A DNA stretch of 64,000 nt from Clostridiaceae bacterium (GTDB taxonomy: Bacteria > Bacillota > Clostridia > Clostridiales > Clostridiaceae), in contig JAVBWC010000042.1 of assembly GCA_036677675.1 (NCBI GenBank), forward strand, positions 354 through 64,353. The letters run 5' to 3'. The notes under the pieces are model-generated. The model was not told the origin of the DNA, searched no databases, and saw only the letters and a list, made by a program, of their open reading frames with translations. Made by a program: the position numbers and the translations under genes. Below, piece after piece: positions 22,311-32,148 of the stretch; within the stretch, counting starts at the first letter, position 1; the number at the start of each line of letters is the position of its first letter.

Positions 22311-22338
22311 TATTATGCGAATTTTTTATGTTTTATGC
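22311..22338 (-). promoter_or_regulatory. SigE-like mother-cell promoter of prkA operon
   Basis: Minus strand GCATAAA-N14-CATAATA; prkA/yhbH are SigE-controlled in Bacillus subtilis. Confidence 0.45.
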
Positions 22339-22418
22339 TGAATAAAAAAAACAAAAGACCAGAAATTTTTCTGACCTTTTGTTTTATCCCATGTAAGAAC
22401 TAAATTAAATTTAATATA

Positions 22419-24125
22419 TTACAATTTAAACTTATTAACCTCTTGTAATGTTTTAGAAGATGTATTTGATAGTATTTCTGCAGTTCTAGCCACTTCTTCT
22501 GAGGAAGCATTCATTTCTTCACATGAAGCTGCTATTTCTTCGGAAGTTGATGAATTTTCTTCTGATACTGCTGATGCTGTTTCAATTTTATCTATAATTT
22601 CATTCTTATCTTCATTAACCCTATTTATTTCTAAACTTACACTTTCTATTAAAGGAAGAATATTCTCTATAGCACTAATTATTTCTTTAAAAGAGTCTAT
22701 AGAACTATCCACTGTACTAACTTGATTTGAAAGCTCTCCATTTACTTCATTTGTAGTACTAATAACTTCTTTAGTTTCTGATAAAATTAAAGTTATCAAA
22801 TTATCAATTTCTCCAGAAGAATTCTTACTTTGTTCAGCTAATTTTCTTATTTCATCGGCAACTACAGCAAAGCCTTTTCCAGCTTCTCCTGCTCTTGCTG
22901 CCTCAATAGCTGCATTAAGAGCCAATAAATTTGTTTGATCTGCTATGCTGTTTATAAGCGCTGTAATTTCATTAATTTTATTAACACTCATTCCAAGTTC
23001 AGATATTTTATTACTTACATCTTTAAATGCTGAACCTATGTTGTTAATAGATGTTACTAATTCTCCCATTTTGTCATTACTTATTTTTGCCATTTTATTT
23101 ACATTTTTAGCATTTGCATCTACATCTTCTACAGATAAAACAATACTATCTACAGCATTTCCAAAGGCATTTAAGATATTTGCCATTTCCACTAATTCAG
23201 CAGCTTGAGAAGATGAGCCCTCTGCCACTCCTTGTATAGCATTAGAAACTTCTTGTGAAGATGAAGTCATTTCTTCAGAAACTGCTGATAAAGATACTGC
23301 TTGTTCATTTACAGAAACTATGCTTTCTTTTACTGACCTTAATATGTGCGCTACTTCCTCAATTGTTAACCCTAAGTCCTTTTTCATAATTCCAAATTCA
23401 TTAGTTTGATCTTTTTCTACTTCAACTGTAAAATCTCCAGAAGAAACTACCTCTAATATTTCTGTAAACTCATTTATGGATGACTTTATTAACTTAAGAA
23501 TAAATAAAGACAACATAGAAACAATGGCAATTACTATGATTATTATAGTTGAAAACGTTGATTTACTACTTTCATAACTTTCCTTAGAGTTATTATTAAG
23601 AATCTCTGCCTGTTGTCTATGATGTTCTACTAACTCATCTAGTAAAGCAGATATTTCTGTACCAATTTTACCAGCTTCTTGTGTTAAGGAAGGATCTGCG
23701 GCTTGTCCTTGCTGTCTTTGCGCTTTTATGCCTTTATAAATATCCATATAAACATTGTACTTTTCCATAATAGAATTAATTATTTCTGAACCTTTACTGT
23801 CTTTGCCAGCAGCGTGTTGAGATAATTGTTGTATATTTTCTCTAATTAACACATCATTTTTCTCTACGGTTTGGGTATATTCATCATTATATTCTCTGTC
23901 AATTACCTTAGTAAAAGCATTCCTTAAAACGCCCATATCTGCATTTATTGCACCTACTTTTTGAATTGTTAAAAGCTGCTCCTCATATATTATATCCACA
24001 TTTTTACTTAATTGATTCAAATTGCTTAAACCTAGAATTCCAATTAGTCCAGTACTAATAATAGCTAATACACATATAACAATAATTCCATGAGTAATCT
24101 TCAAATTCTTGAATTTTTTTAACAC
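22419..24125 (-). CDS. Methyl-accepting chemotaxis protein (4HB sensor, HAMP, signalling domain)
   Basis: Two TM segments; [38 protein letters not shown] hairpin. Confidence 0.95.
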   Translation of the reverse strand: MLKKFKNLKITHGIIVICVLAIISTGLIGILGLSNLNQLSKNVDIIYEEQLLTIQKVGAINADMGVLRNAFTKVIDREYNDEYTQTVEKNDVLIRENIQQLSQHAAGKDSKGSEIINSIMEKYNVYMDIYKGIKAQRQQGQAADPSLTQEAGKIGTEISALLDELVEHHRQQAEILNNNSKESYESSKSTFSTIIIIVIAIVSMLSLFILKLIKSSINEFTEILEVVSSGDFTVEVEKDQTNEFGIMKKDLGLTIEEVAHILRSVKESIVSVNEQAVSLSAVSEEMTSSSQEVSNAIQGVAEGSSSQAAELVEMANILNAFGNAVDSIVLSVEDVDANAKNVNKMAKISNDKMGELVTSINNIGSAFKDVSNKISELGMSVNKINEITALINSIADQTNLLALNAAIEAARAGEAGKGFAVVADEIRKLAEQSKNSSGEIDNLITLILSETKEVISTTNEVNGELSNQVSTVDSSIDSFKEIISAIENILPLIESVSLEINRVNEDKNEIIDKIETASAVSEENSSTSEEIAASCEEMNASSEEVARTAEILSNTSSKTLQEVNKFKL

Positions 24126-24165
24126 TAGAACTTCCTCCTACCTTTATCAAATGTGTGTGTTTTTA

Positions 24166-24192
24166 TTATCGAATAACATTATGTTTACTTTA
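24166..24192 (-). promoter_or_regulatory. SigD/FliA-like promoter of the MCP
   Basis: Minus strand TAAA-N15-TTCGATAA versus consensus TAAA-N15-GCCGATAA. Confidence 0.55.
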
Positions 24193-24438
24193 ATATTTAT
24201 TTTGATATTTACTTTAGCATCTACACATCTCACAACGTTTACATGGGTTATGAGATTTCACTACGCTAGTTTTGTTTTTATTTAATAAAATTGGTTTTCA
24301 ATTTTATCTCATAAATGGCAAAATAGTATATTTATTATGTATACCAATCCCCCTTCTTTTGGTTATATAAATATATTGTATTGATTTCAAGCAATTCAGT
24401 TTTAATTTTACACTATTTAACATTTTATTTCAATAAAT

Positions 24439-24479
24439 AAAAACACATTGAAGTAATTTTAAACTTTCAACGTGTTTTT
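24439..24479 (-). terminator. Terminator after pdp
   Basis: aaaaacacattgaa / ttcaacgtgttttt imperfect IR. Confidence 0.55.
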
Positions 24480-24492
24480 CCTTACTTTCTAT

Positions 24493-25818
24493 TTAAGCTC
24501 TTCTTATTTCGTCTTTTGTAACAATACCCTTTATTAATGCTTTTGCTTTAATTTCTTCTTCTACTATGTCATATGCCTTTAGTATCATTTCTTCAGCTGA
24601 TTTTTTCTTTTCAGCATCATTAGCGTAAATAGTAGCTATAGCTTCACCCATCTTCACATAATCTCCAATTTTCTTATGAAGAACTATTCCAACGGATAAA
24701 TCTATTTCACTTTCCTTTGTTTCACGTCCTGCCCCAAGTACAAGGGCTGCTATTCCTATGTCATCAGCTTTTATTCCCTTTACATATCCTTCTTGAGAAG
24801 CTGTAACGGCTTCCACAATACTTGGAGTAGGCAACAAGGATGGATCATCCACATAAGCTGTATTTCCTCCTTGTGCTTCAACTAATTCTCTTAATTTTGC
24901 AACACCTTTTCCTGAGTTAATGATATCTATAAGTATTTCTCTTGCATCTTCAACATTCTCTGCCTTTCCTCCTAAAACAAGCATATGTGAACCAAGAGTT
25001 ATGCAAAGTTCAGTAAGATCAGCAGGACCTTCTCCTTTTAGGGTTTCAATTGCTTCTTTAACTTCCAAGGCATTACCTACTGCAAAGCCTAAAGGTTGAT
25101 CCATATCAGTTATTACACCAATTGTATTTCTTCCAACATTTGTTCCTATATCAACCATTTCTTGTGCAAGTTCAAAAGCACTGTCCTCATCCTTCATGAA
25201 AGCACCGCTGCCAGTCTTTACATCAAGAATAATAGCATCCGCTCCTGAAGCTATTTTTTTGCTCATTATACTTCCAGCAATTAATGACATATTATCAACA
25301 GTTGCAGTAACATCACGAAGTGCATAAAGCTTCTTATCCGCTGGAGCTAAATTAGCTGTTTGAGCACCTATAGCTATTTTCTTATCATTTACATTTTGTA
25401 TAAATTTTTCAATAGGCATTTCTACTGAAAACCCATCAAAGGATTCCAACTTATCAATAGTTCCGCCTGTATGTCCAAGTCCTCTACCAGACATTTTTGC
25501 AACAGGTACTCCAGCTGCTGCAACTATAGGTCCAAGAATTAAAGTTGTTGTGTCTCCAACTCCGCCTGTACTATGTTTATCAACCTTTATACCTTCTATA
25601 GCTGACAGATCAATTATTTCTCCACTGTCCACCATTGCCTTTGTTAAATCTGCTGTCTCTCTTTTATTCATCTCTTGAAAATAAATAGCCATCATAAGAG
25701 CTGATACTTGATAATCTGGAATTTTACCTTTTGTATATCCTTCTACAAAAAAAGTTATTTCTTCTGTAGTAAGCTCTCCACCATTTCTTTTTTTCATAAT
25801 AATGTCATACATTCTCAT
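24493..25818 (-). CDS. pdp: Pyrimidine-nucleoside phosphorylase
   Basis: [28 protein letters not shown] and SIMSKK motifs; ATG at 25818 after GGAGGTG. Confidence 0.95.
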   Translation of the reverse strand: MRMYDIIMKKRNGGELTTEEITFFVEGYTKGKIPDYQVSALMMAIYFQEMNKRETADLTKAMVDSGEIIDLSAIEGIKVDKHSTGGVGDTTTLILGPIVAAAGVPVAKMSGRGLGHTGGTIDKLESFDGFSVEMPIEKFIQNVNDKKIAIGAQTANLAPADKKLYALRDVTATVDNMSLIAGSIMSKKIASGADAIILDVKTGSGAFMKDEDSAFELAQEMVDIGTNVGRNTIGVITDMDQPLGFAVGNALEVKEAIETLKGEGPADLTELCITLGSHMLVLGGKAENVEDAREILIDIINSGKGVAKLRELVEAQGGNTAYVDDPSLLPTPSIVEAVTASQEGYVKGIKADDIGIAALVLGAGRETKESEIDLSVGIVLHKKIGDYVKMGEAIATIYANDAEKKKSAEEMILKAYDIVEEEIKAKALIKGIVTKDEIRRA

Positions 25819-25838
25819 GCTATTCACCTCCTGACAGC

Positions 25839-26657
25839 TTAAATACCTTTTATTACGTTTCTCATTAATTTTATGAATTTTTCCCCAGCCATTTCTGATG
25901 TTTCCATTACTTCACTGTGATCTAATGGTTTATCTAAAATTCCTGCTGCCATATTTGTCATGCATGAAATACCAATTACTTTAATTCCACTGTGAGCAGC
26001 TACTATTACTTCTGGAGCCGTAGACATTCCAACAGCATCCCCACCTAAAGTACGAATCATTCTAATTTCAGCAGGAGTTTCATAAGTAGGACCGCTCATA
26101 CAAGCATAAACTCCTTCTTGAAGTTCAATTTCTAAAGATTTTGCAATTTCTTTAACTTTTCGTCTTAATTCCTTATTATATGGATCTGACATATCAGGAA
26201 AACGAGTTCCAAATTCCTCTAAGTTCTTTCCTATTAATGGATTATTTCCAGATAAATTCAAGTGATCACTTATAAGCATTAAATCTCCTGGCTTATAACC
26301 TGTATTTACAGCTCCTGCAGCATTAGTAACTATTAAAGTTTTAATTCCCAATAACTTCATTACACGAACTGGGAAGGTTACTTCCTGCATATGATACCCT
26401 TCATAGTAGTGAAAACGTCCCTGCATTGCAACAACTTTTTTACCTTCTAAAGTTCCTATAACTAAACACCCTGCATGACCCTCTACAGTTGAAACTGGGA
26501 AGTTTGGTATTTCCTTATAAGGATAAAACTCCGCATCTTCAATTTGATCTGCAATAGCACCAAGCCCTGAACCTAAAATTAATCCTATTTCAGGTTGAAG
26601 TTTTGTTTTTTCTAAAATATATTTAGCAGATTCCTTTATTTTAGATTGTAAATCCAT
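25839..26657 (-). CDS. punA: Purine-nucleoside phosphorylase (trimeric PNP family)
   Basis: [25 protein letters not shown] and GMSTAPE motifs. Confidence 0.92.
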   Translation of the reverse strand: MDLQSKIKESAKYILEKTKLQPEIGLILGSGLGAIADQIEDAEFYPYKEIPNFPVSTVEGHAGCLVIGTLEGKKVVAMQGRFHYYEGYHMQEVTFPVRVMKLLGIKTLIVTNAAGAVNTGYKPGDLMLISDHLNLSGNNPLIGKNLEEFGTRFPDMSDPYNKELRRKVKEIAKSLEIELQEGVYACMSGPTYETPAEIRMIRTLGGDAVGMSTAPEVIVAAHSGIKVIGISCMTNMAAGILDKPLDHSEVMETSEMAGEKFIKLMRNVIKGI

Positions 26658-26723
26658 AATACTCTCTCCTTTCTATATTAGTGACCAGTAACCAATATCT
26701 AATACATTTTTTCTGGCTACTGG

Positions 26724-27374
26724 TTACTGGTTTCTATTAACAATAGCTATAGAAGCACTAGCACCTATTCTATTAGCACCTGCTGCAATAACAGCTTCAG
26801 CATCTTCTGTAGTTCTTACTCCACCTGATGCTTTAACACCTATTTCAGACCCAACAGTTTCTCTCATTAATTTTACATCTTCAACAGTTGCTCCACCTGT
26901 TGAGAAACCTGTTGAAGTCTTTACAAAATCTACTCCAGCTTCTTTTGATAATTCACATGCTTTAACGATTTCATCCTTTGTCAATAGGCATGTTTCAAGA
27001 ATAACCTTTACTAATGCTTTATCCTTTGCGGCCTCTACTACAGCTTTAATATCATCTCTTACTGCATCATATTTCTTATCTTTTAAAGCTCCTATATTTA
27101 TTACCATATCTATTTCTTGTGCACCATTTTCAATAGCCTGTTTTGTTTCAAATGCTTTTACTTCTTTTGTTGTTGCTCCTAGCGGAAATCCTATAACTAC
27201 ACAGGTTTTTACATTAGTTCCTTCCAACTGCTTACTTACCAATAAAGTATAATATGTATTGACACATACTGAAGCAAATTCATATTTCTTAGCTTCATCA
27301 CAAATTTTTATTACTTGCTCTTCAGTAGCTTCTGGTTTTAGTAATGTGTGGTCTATATATCCATTTAACTTCAT
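26724..27374 (-). CDS. deoC: Deoxyribose-phosphate aldolase
   Basis: [16 protein letters not shown] and GVKASGGVR motifs. Confidence 0.95.
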   Translation of the reverse strand: MKLNGYIDHTLLKPEATEEQVIKICDEAKKYEFASVCVNTYYTLLVSKQLEGTNVKTCVVIGFPLGATTKEVKAFETKQAIENGAQEIDMVINIGALKDKKYDAVRDDIKAVVEAAKDKALVKVILETCLLTKDEIVKACELSKEAGVDFVKTSTGFSTGGATVEDVKLMRETVGSEIGVKASGGVRTTEDAEAVIAAGANRIGASASIAIVNRNQ

Positions 27375-27527
27375 TTTTATCCTCTCCTTTTATTTAATTA
27401 ATACTTATTATTAGTATATCCTTGTTATATTACTTATGTTATATTACTTATATTTTTTATTATTTAATTGTTTATTTTTAAACTTTATTTTTCCTACTTT
27501 ATGTAATTGTGTACTTATGTGTTTTTA

Positions 27528-27541
27528 CGAAAACGCTTACA
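27528..27541 (-). promoter_or_regulatory. cre-like (CcpA) site upstream of deoC-punA-pdp
   Basis: Minus strand TGTAAGCGTTTTCG, 13/14 match to TGWAANCGNTNWCA. Confidence 0.45.
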
Positions 27542-27664
27542 CATCATATAAAATTTAAAATGTGAAGAATATTAATTCACATCTTTTTTATTTTAGGAAA
27601 CTCTTTTTTAAAACACAAAACCCTATAAGAATTAATTCTTATAGGGTATATAGTACAAATAATA

Positions 27665-27832
27665 CTATCTTCTGAATCCTCTATTGTTGTTTTGTTGCTT
27701 TCTTTTCTTTCTGCAATCAACACATCTTTGTGGTTCATTTTCGAAACCTTTTTCTTTGTAGAAAGCTTGCTCTCCTTCAGTGAAGATAAACTCATTTCCA
27801 CAATCTTTACAAATTAAAGTTTTATCTGCCAT
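27665..27832 (-). CDS. Small zinc-ribbon protein (CxxC-x-CxxC, zf-trcl-like), 55 aa
   Basis: Manual translation MADKTLICKDCGNEFIFTEGEQAFYKEKGFENEPQRCVDCRKKRKQQNNNRGFRR*; AAGGAGG RBS; missed by the ORF track. Confidence 0.88.
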   Translation of the reverse strand: MADKTLICKDCGNEFIFTEGEQAFYKEKGFENEPQRCVDCRKKRKQQNNNRGFRR

Positions 27833-28052
27833 TTCAACATTCCTCCTTTTTCTTAAAATTGAGATTTAAAAATTGATTCACATTACGTTCCTTAAAAGAG
27901 GGAATGTTGTTCACCATATTAAATCTTTTGGTAAGTAATTATTTAAATTACTCGCACATGTAGAGTATACAGCATTCTGAAACAATACACAATAGTTAAA
28001 TGAAAAATATTATACTTTTTAGAAAGCTTATTTTTAAACTAATGCTTCTTTG

Positions 28053-29498
28053 CTATTTCATCGCTTTCTGCACCTTAACTTTTTTCCCCTTTATAGTAGT
28101 ATGTTGAAGTGCTTTTAGTACAATACTTCCCTTTTTTCCAAGTATATCTACATAAGAGAAATTGTCCTGCACGTCAATAATCCCAATATCATCTCCGCTA
28201 ATTCCTTCAATATTAATGATTGCTCCAAGGATATCTCCTGGTCTTATTTTTTTCTTCTTCCCAGCATTTATATGTAATTTTGTAATTTCCTTGTTTAATT
28301 CAGCACTTTTGTCTCTCTTTGGCTTAGGTCTAAACTTAAATTTCTTTTCAAAAATTTTCTTTCCCTGTTCAACCTCTTCTTCTGATGGAATTTCCTTCTT
28401 GGATATAGAATATCCTAAGTATTCCTGAATTTCATTGAAAAATCTAGTTTCATAAGGACATACAAAAGTAATTGCTGTTCCTGTATTACCAGCTCGCCCC
28501 GTTCTGCCAATTCTATGAACGTAACTTTCTTTCTCTACAGGTATATCATAATTTATAACATGAGTTATATCCTCTATATGAATTCCTCTAGCCGCTACAT
28601 CCGTAGCAATCAGAAACTGAAATTCTCCCCTTTTAAATCTTTGCATTATATCTAACCTATCTTTTTGTTCCATTCCACCATGCAATCCACTGCAGGAATA
28701 ACCTTTATTGTTCATCCTTTGAAGTAGGTTGTTAACCCCCTCTTTTGTACTACAGAATAAAATACAACTCTCTGGTCTCTCAGTATATATTATTTTATTT
28801 AGACTACTAAATTTCCTACTCTCTTCAATTTCATAATAAACTTGATTAATTTTCTCTGCAGTAAGATTTTTAATATTGACTTCTATCTTCTTAGGATTAA
28901 TCATATATTGATTACACAATGCTTCGATTTTCTCAGGCATAGTTGCTGAAAATAACATAGTTACTCTATTATGAGGTAATTTTTTTATGATTGCTTCAAC
29001 CTGATCAATAAAACCCATATTCAGCATTTTATCTGCTTCATCTATAATTAAATATTGTACCTCTTCTAAATCTATATTTCCCCTATCAATGTGATCAAAA
29101 GTTCTTCCTGGAGTACCAACTACAATATGAACTCTCTGTCTTAATTCTCTTACTTGAATATCCACAGGCTGCTTTCCAAAAACAGCAGCACATCTTATTC
29201 TTTTAAATCTTCCTATATTAGAAATATCTTCTTTTACTTGTACCGCCAGTTCTCTGGTTGGAGTAAGAACCAATACCTGTGGTTTTCTCTTCTCTAACTC
29301 AATTTTTTCACAAACTGGAATAGCAAAAGCTGCAGTCTTTCCACTACCTGTTTGGGATTTCACTATAATATCTTTATTTTGTAGTGCAAAAGGAATGACC
29401 CTCTCTTGAACCTCTGAAGGTCTTTCATATCCTAACTTTTCTAATGCTTTAAGTATTTCTTCACTTAAACCAAAGCTCTTAAAATTCAACTCATCCAT
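28053..29498 (-). CDS. dbpA: DEAD-box RNA helicase with C-terminal DbpA RNA-binding domain
   Basis: SQTGSGKT, PTRELA, DEAD, SAT and HRIGRTGR motifs; GKKKKIRPGDILGAI DbpA domain. Confidence 0.85.
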   Translation of the reverse strand: MDELNFKSFGLSEEILKALEKLGYERPSEVQERVIPFALQNKDIIVKSQTGSGKTAAFAIPVCEKIELEKRKPQVLVLTPTRELAVQVKEDISNIGRFKRIRCAAVFGKQPVDIQVRELRQRVHIVVGTPGRTFDHIDRGNIDLEEVQYLIIDEADKMLNMGFIDQVEAIIKKLPHNRVTMLFSATMPEKIEALCNQYMINPKKIEVNIKNLTAEKINQVYYEIEESRKFSSLNKIIYTERPESCILFCSTKEGVNNLLQRMNNKGYSCSGLHGGMEQKDRLDIMQRFKRGEFQFLIATDVAARGIHIEDITHVINYDIPVEKESYVHRIGRTGRAGNTGTAITFVCPYETRFFNEIQEYLGYSISKKEIPSEEEVEQGKKIFEKKFKFRPKPKRDKSAELNKEITKLHINAGKKKKIRPGDILGAIINIEGISGDDIGIIDVQDNFSYVDILGKKGSIVLKALQHTTIKGKKVKVQKAMK

Positions 29499-29652
29499 AA
29501 TTTTTTAACCTACCTCAATAATTTAATATTTTCTTTAATATTCTCGTATATTACTATTATTTATTATTATAATCTGCTTAAATTAAGATAAAATTCATAA
29601 ACTAAGAATATTGTAATATTCTCATTTACATATAATACTATATTCTAGATAT

Positions 29653-29706
29653 TAAGGACTGTAAATAAATTTATAGGAATTTCCCAAAATTCATTTACAG
29701 TCCTTA
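29653..29706 (-). terminator. 14-bp inverted repeat after the kinase pair
   Basis: taaggactgtaaat / atttacagtcctta. Confidence 0.55.
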
Positions 29707-29740
29707 AATTAAATAAATATATCTTTTTAACCTTTTTACA

Positions 29741-30706
29741 CTACATTAAAATATAAACAGCTGCTAAAATAATAGTTATAAGTGCTACCGTACCTATAAT
29801 ATTTCTTTTAAATTGAAATTTGTTTGATTTTTTTATTCTAACATTTTCTGTAGATTTCTTCGGCTCCATGCTGAATTGTTTTTCACTTAATGTATTTCCA
29901 TCCTTTTTACCCTTAAATAATTCTATTATAACTTCTTTGTTTAATTCTTCAACTGAAGCATATCTGTTTTTCATATCAATTTGAAAACATTTCTGTATTA
30001 TTCTTTTCAAACTGCCATCTACATTGTTTCTATAATTATCATCTATAAGAGGTTCTAAATCCATATTGGGAACCTTTCCCGTAGTCATAAAGTACATAAC
30101 CCTACCGATATTATATATATCTGTTTGCTTACTAGCTTGTCTTAAACCATATCCATCTACTAAAGTACAGCTATTAGTTTTCATACATATGCTACCCTTC
30201 TCTTCACTAGCATTATCTATCCTGGAAATACCCAAATCAGTTAAAACAGCTTTTCCATTTGGAGTTATTATTATATTAGAAGGTTTTATATATCTATATT
30301 TCATAGGAAGGGCTAAGCTTTGTAAATATGCTATTATATCACATATACTTGATATAATATTACCTATATTTTTTATTTCTATAAACTCACTTTCTTTCAC
30401 ATACTCCCTTAGGGTTTTTCCCTCTATATAATCCTGAACTATATAAAGATTGTCATCCTCATAAAATACATCAACTATTTTTGAAATTCCCCTATGGCTT
30501 AATTTTTTTTCCGCATTGAGTTCTAATAAAAAATCTATATTTGTTTTAAAATCTATACTTGTTTTAAATTCTTCTTTCACTTCTTTTATGGTGCAAAAAT
30601 TCTTAAGCTCTGTATCTTTACATAGATAAACCGTACCTAAATGACCCTTTCCTAAAACTTTAATTATTTCATATTTTTCATCTAAAATGTATCTTCTATT
30701 AAGCAT
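29741..30706 (-). CDS. Degenerate Ser/Thr kinase (probable pseudokinase) ending in a TM helix
   Basis: Catalytic loop reads YRYIKPSN (Asp to Tyr), DFG reads DLG, APE motif absent; clear paralog of the next gene. Confidence 0.8.
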   Translation of the reverse strand: MLNRRYILDEKYEIIKVLGKGHLGTVYLCKDTELKNFCTIKEVKEEFKTSIDFKTNIDFLLELNAEKKLSHRGISKIVDVFYEDDNLYIVQDYIEGKTLREYVKESEFIEIKNIGNIISSICDIIAYLQSLALPMKYRYIKPSNIIITPNGKAVLTDLGISRIDNASEEKGSICMKTNSCTLVDGYGLRQASKQTDIYNIGRVMYFMTTGKVPNMDLEPLIDDNYRNNVDGSLKRIIQKCFQIDMKNRYASVEELNKEVIIELFKGKKDGNTLSEKQFSMEPKKSTENVRIKKSNKFQFKRNIIGTVALITIILAAVYILM

Positions 30707-30738
30707 AGTTCACCTCTTATATAAAACTTTTACGTTCA

Positions 30739-31914
30739 TTAATCCTTATTTTTCTTTCCTTTCGCCTTTCCTTTGCCTTTAGGCTTAGTTTCCTTTTTTT
30801 CATAATCATCCTCATCATTTTCCTCATTAATTTCTTGATTAATTTCCTCAATAGTACTTTCTTTCATGGGCTCCGTCCTAATGTCTTCCTGTACTTTTGG
30901 CATGCTTTGTGTAGTATCATTAATTAATTGTTTATTTATATTATTTGTTTCTTCATCTTTTTTTGAATTGCCATAAAAAAAGTAAACACCTACTAAAATT
31001 ATAGTTATAAATACTAATAGAGCTGTAATACTTCTTTTCAATCCAAATTTCTTTGATTTACTTACTGTGGTATTTTTTATAGGTATATCTGGATTAATGT
31101 TAGAATTGTTTAAAACCACTGTCTTTTCATACTTATCCTTCTCCAGAAATTCTATAATTTCATTCTTTAAACTTTCAATTGACTCATATCTGTTCTCAAT
31201 ATGGATTTGTATACATTTCTGTATTATTTTTTTTAGATCATTATCCACATTCTTATCATAATTATAATCCATAAGAGGTTCTAAACCTGTATATGAGTCC
31301 CTTGCTGTAGCCATAAAGTACATAACCATGCCAATACCATATATATCCGTTTGTTTGGAAGATTGTCCGAAACCATACTGTTCTGGAGCAGCATAACCCT
31401 TAGATCCCATGCATATAGTATGGTCTTTATCATGGACTTTGTACATTTTTGAAATACCAAAATCAATTAAAAAAACTTTTTCCTCTGGTGTTATCATTAT
31501 ATTAGATGGCTTTAAATCTCTATATATAATAGGCGGATTTAACCTATGCAAATAAGCTATGATATCACAAATAGACAATATAATTTTACATATATTTTCC
31601 GTTCCTATGAAACCCTTTTCTTTCATATGTTCTTTTAGTGTTTGCCCCTCTATGTAGTCTTGAACCATATAAAAATTATTTTTCTCATAAAATATATCAA
31701 CTATTCTTGGAATACCAGGATGCTTTAGATTTTTTAATATATTAGGTTCTAATAAGATATCCCTATTATTTTTAGAATCTTTTTTTACTTCCTTTATAGC
31801 CCAAAGGTTATCAAGTCTTATATTTTTACATAAATAAACCGTTCCCATTCCTCCCTTTCCTAAAACTTTAATTACTTCATATTTTCCATCTAGTATATAT
31901 CCCATATTAAGCAT
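30739..31914 (-). CDS. Hanks-type Ser/Thr protein kinase with TM and low-complexity tail
   Basis: GKGGMG, AIKE, YRDLKPSN, DFG and YAAPEQ all intact; TM near C-terminus; ATG at 31914 after GAGGTG. Confidence 0.92.
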   Translation of the reverse strand: MLNMGYILDGKYEVIKVLGKGGMGTVYLCKNIRLDNLWAIKEVKKDSKNNRDILLEPNILKNLKHPGIPRIVDIFYEKNNFYMVQDYIEGQTLKEHMKEKGFIGTENICKIILSICDIIAYLHRLNPPIIYRDLKPSNIMITPEEKVFLIDFGISKMYKVHDKDHTICMGSKGYAAPEQYGFGQSSKQTDIYGIGMVMYFMATARDSYTGLEPLMDYNYDKNVDNDLKKIIQKCIQIHIENRYESIESLKNEIIEFLEKDKYEKTVVLNNSNINPDIPIKNTTVSKSKKFGLKRSITALLVFITIILVGVYFFYGNSKKDEETNNINKQLINDTTQSMPKVQEDIRTEPMKESTIEEINQEINEENDEDDYEKKETKPKGKGKAKGKKNKD

Positions 31915-32029
31915 GGTCCACCTCTTGTATAACTTTATCAAATACTATATTTATCATGTACGTATATAACCTTAATTTTTGGAGGGGTGGATAATTATAG
32001 TAATACAATTAATAGCCTTTTTAATATGA

Positions 32030-32060
32030 AAAACTATACTGAATTTTTCAGTATAGTTTT
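32030..32060 (-). terminator. Terminator after the SNF2 gene
   Basis: aaaactatactgaa / ttcagtatagtttt. Confidence 0.6.
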
Positions 32061-32148
32061 TATATTTCTATTATATTAGCTTCAAGATCATCTACTAAAC
32101 ATAAGCATATCCCTTATATATAAATAGTTTCTTTGGAATTCATTTTTC

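Noticed and set aside
24215-24268. Hairpin upstream of the MCP as a possible c-di-GMP riboswitch
   Set aside because: Lacks GEMM consensus and lies upstream of the predicted SigD promoter
27577-27801. 74-aa ORF from the track
   Set aside because: Wrong frame; the real gene is the overlapping 55-aa zinc-ribbon ORF with a proper RBS
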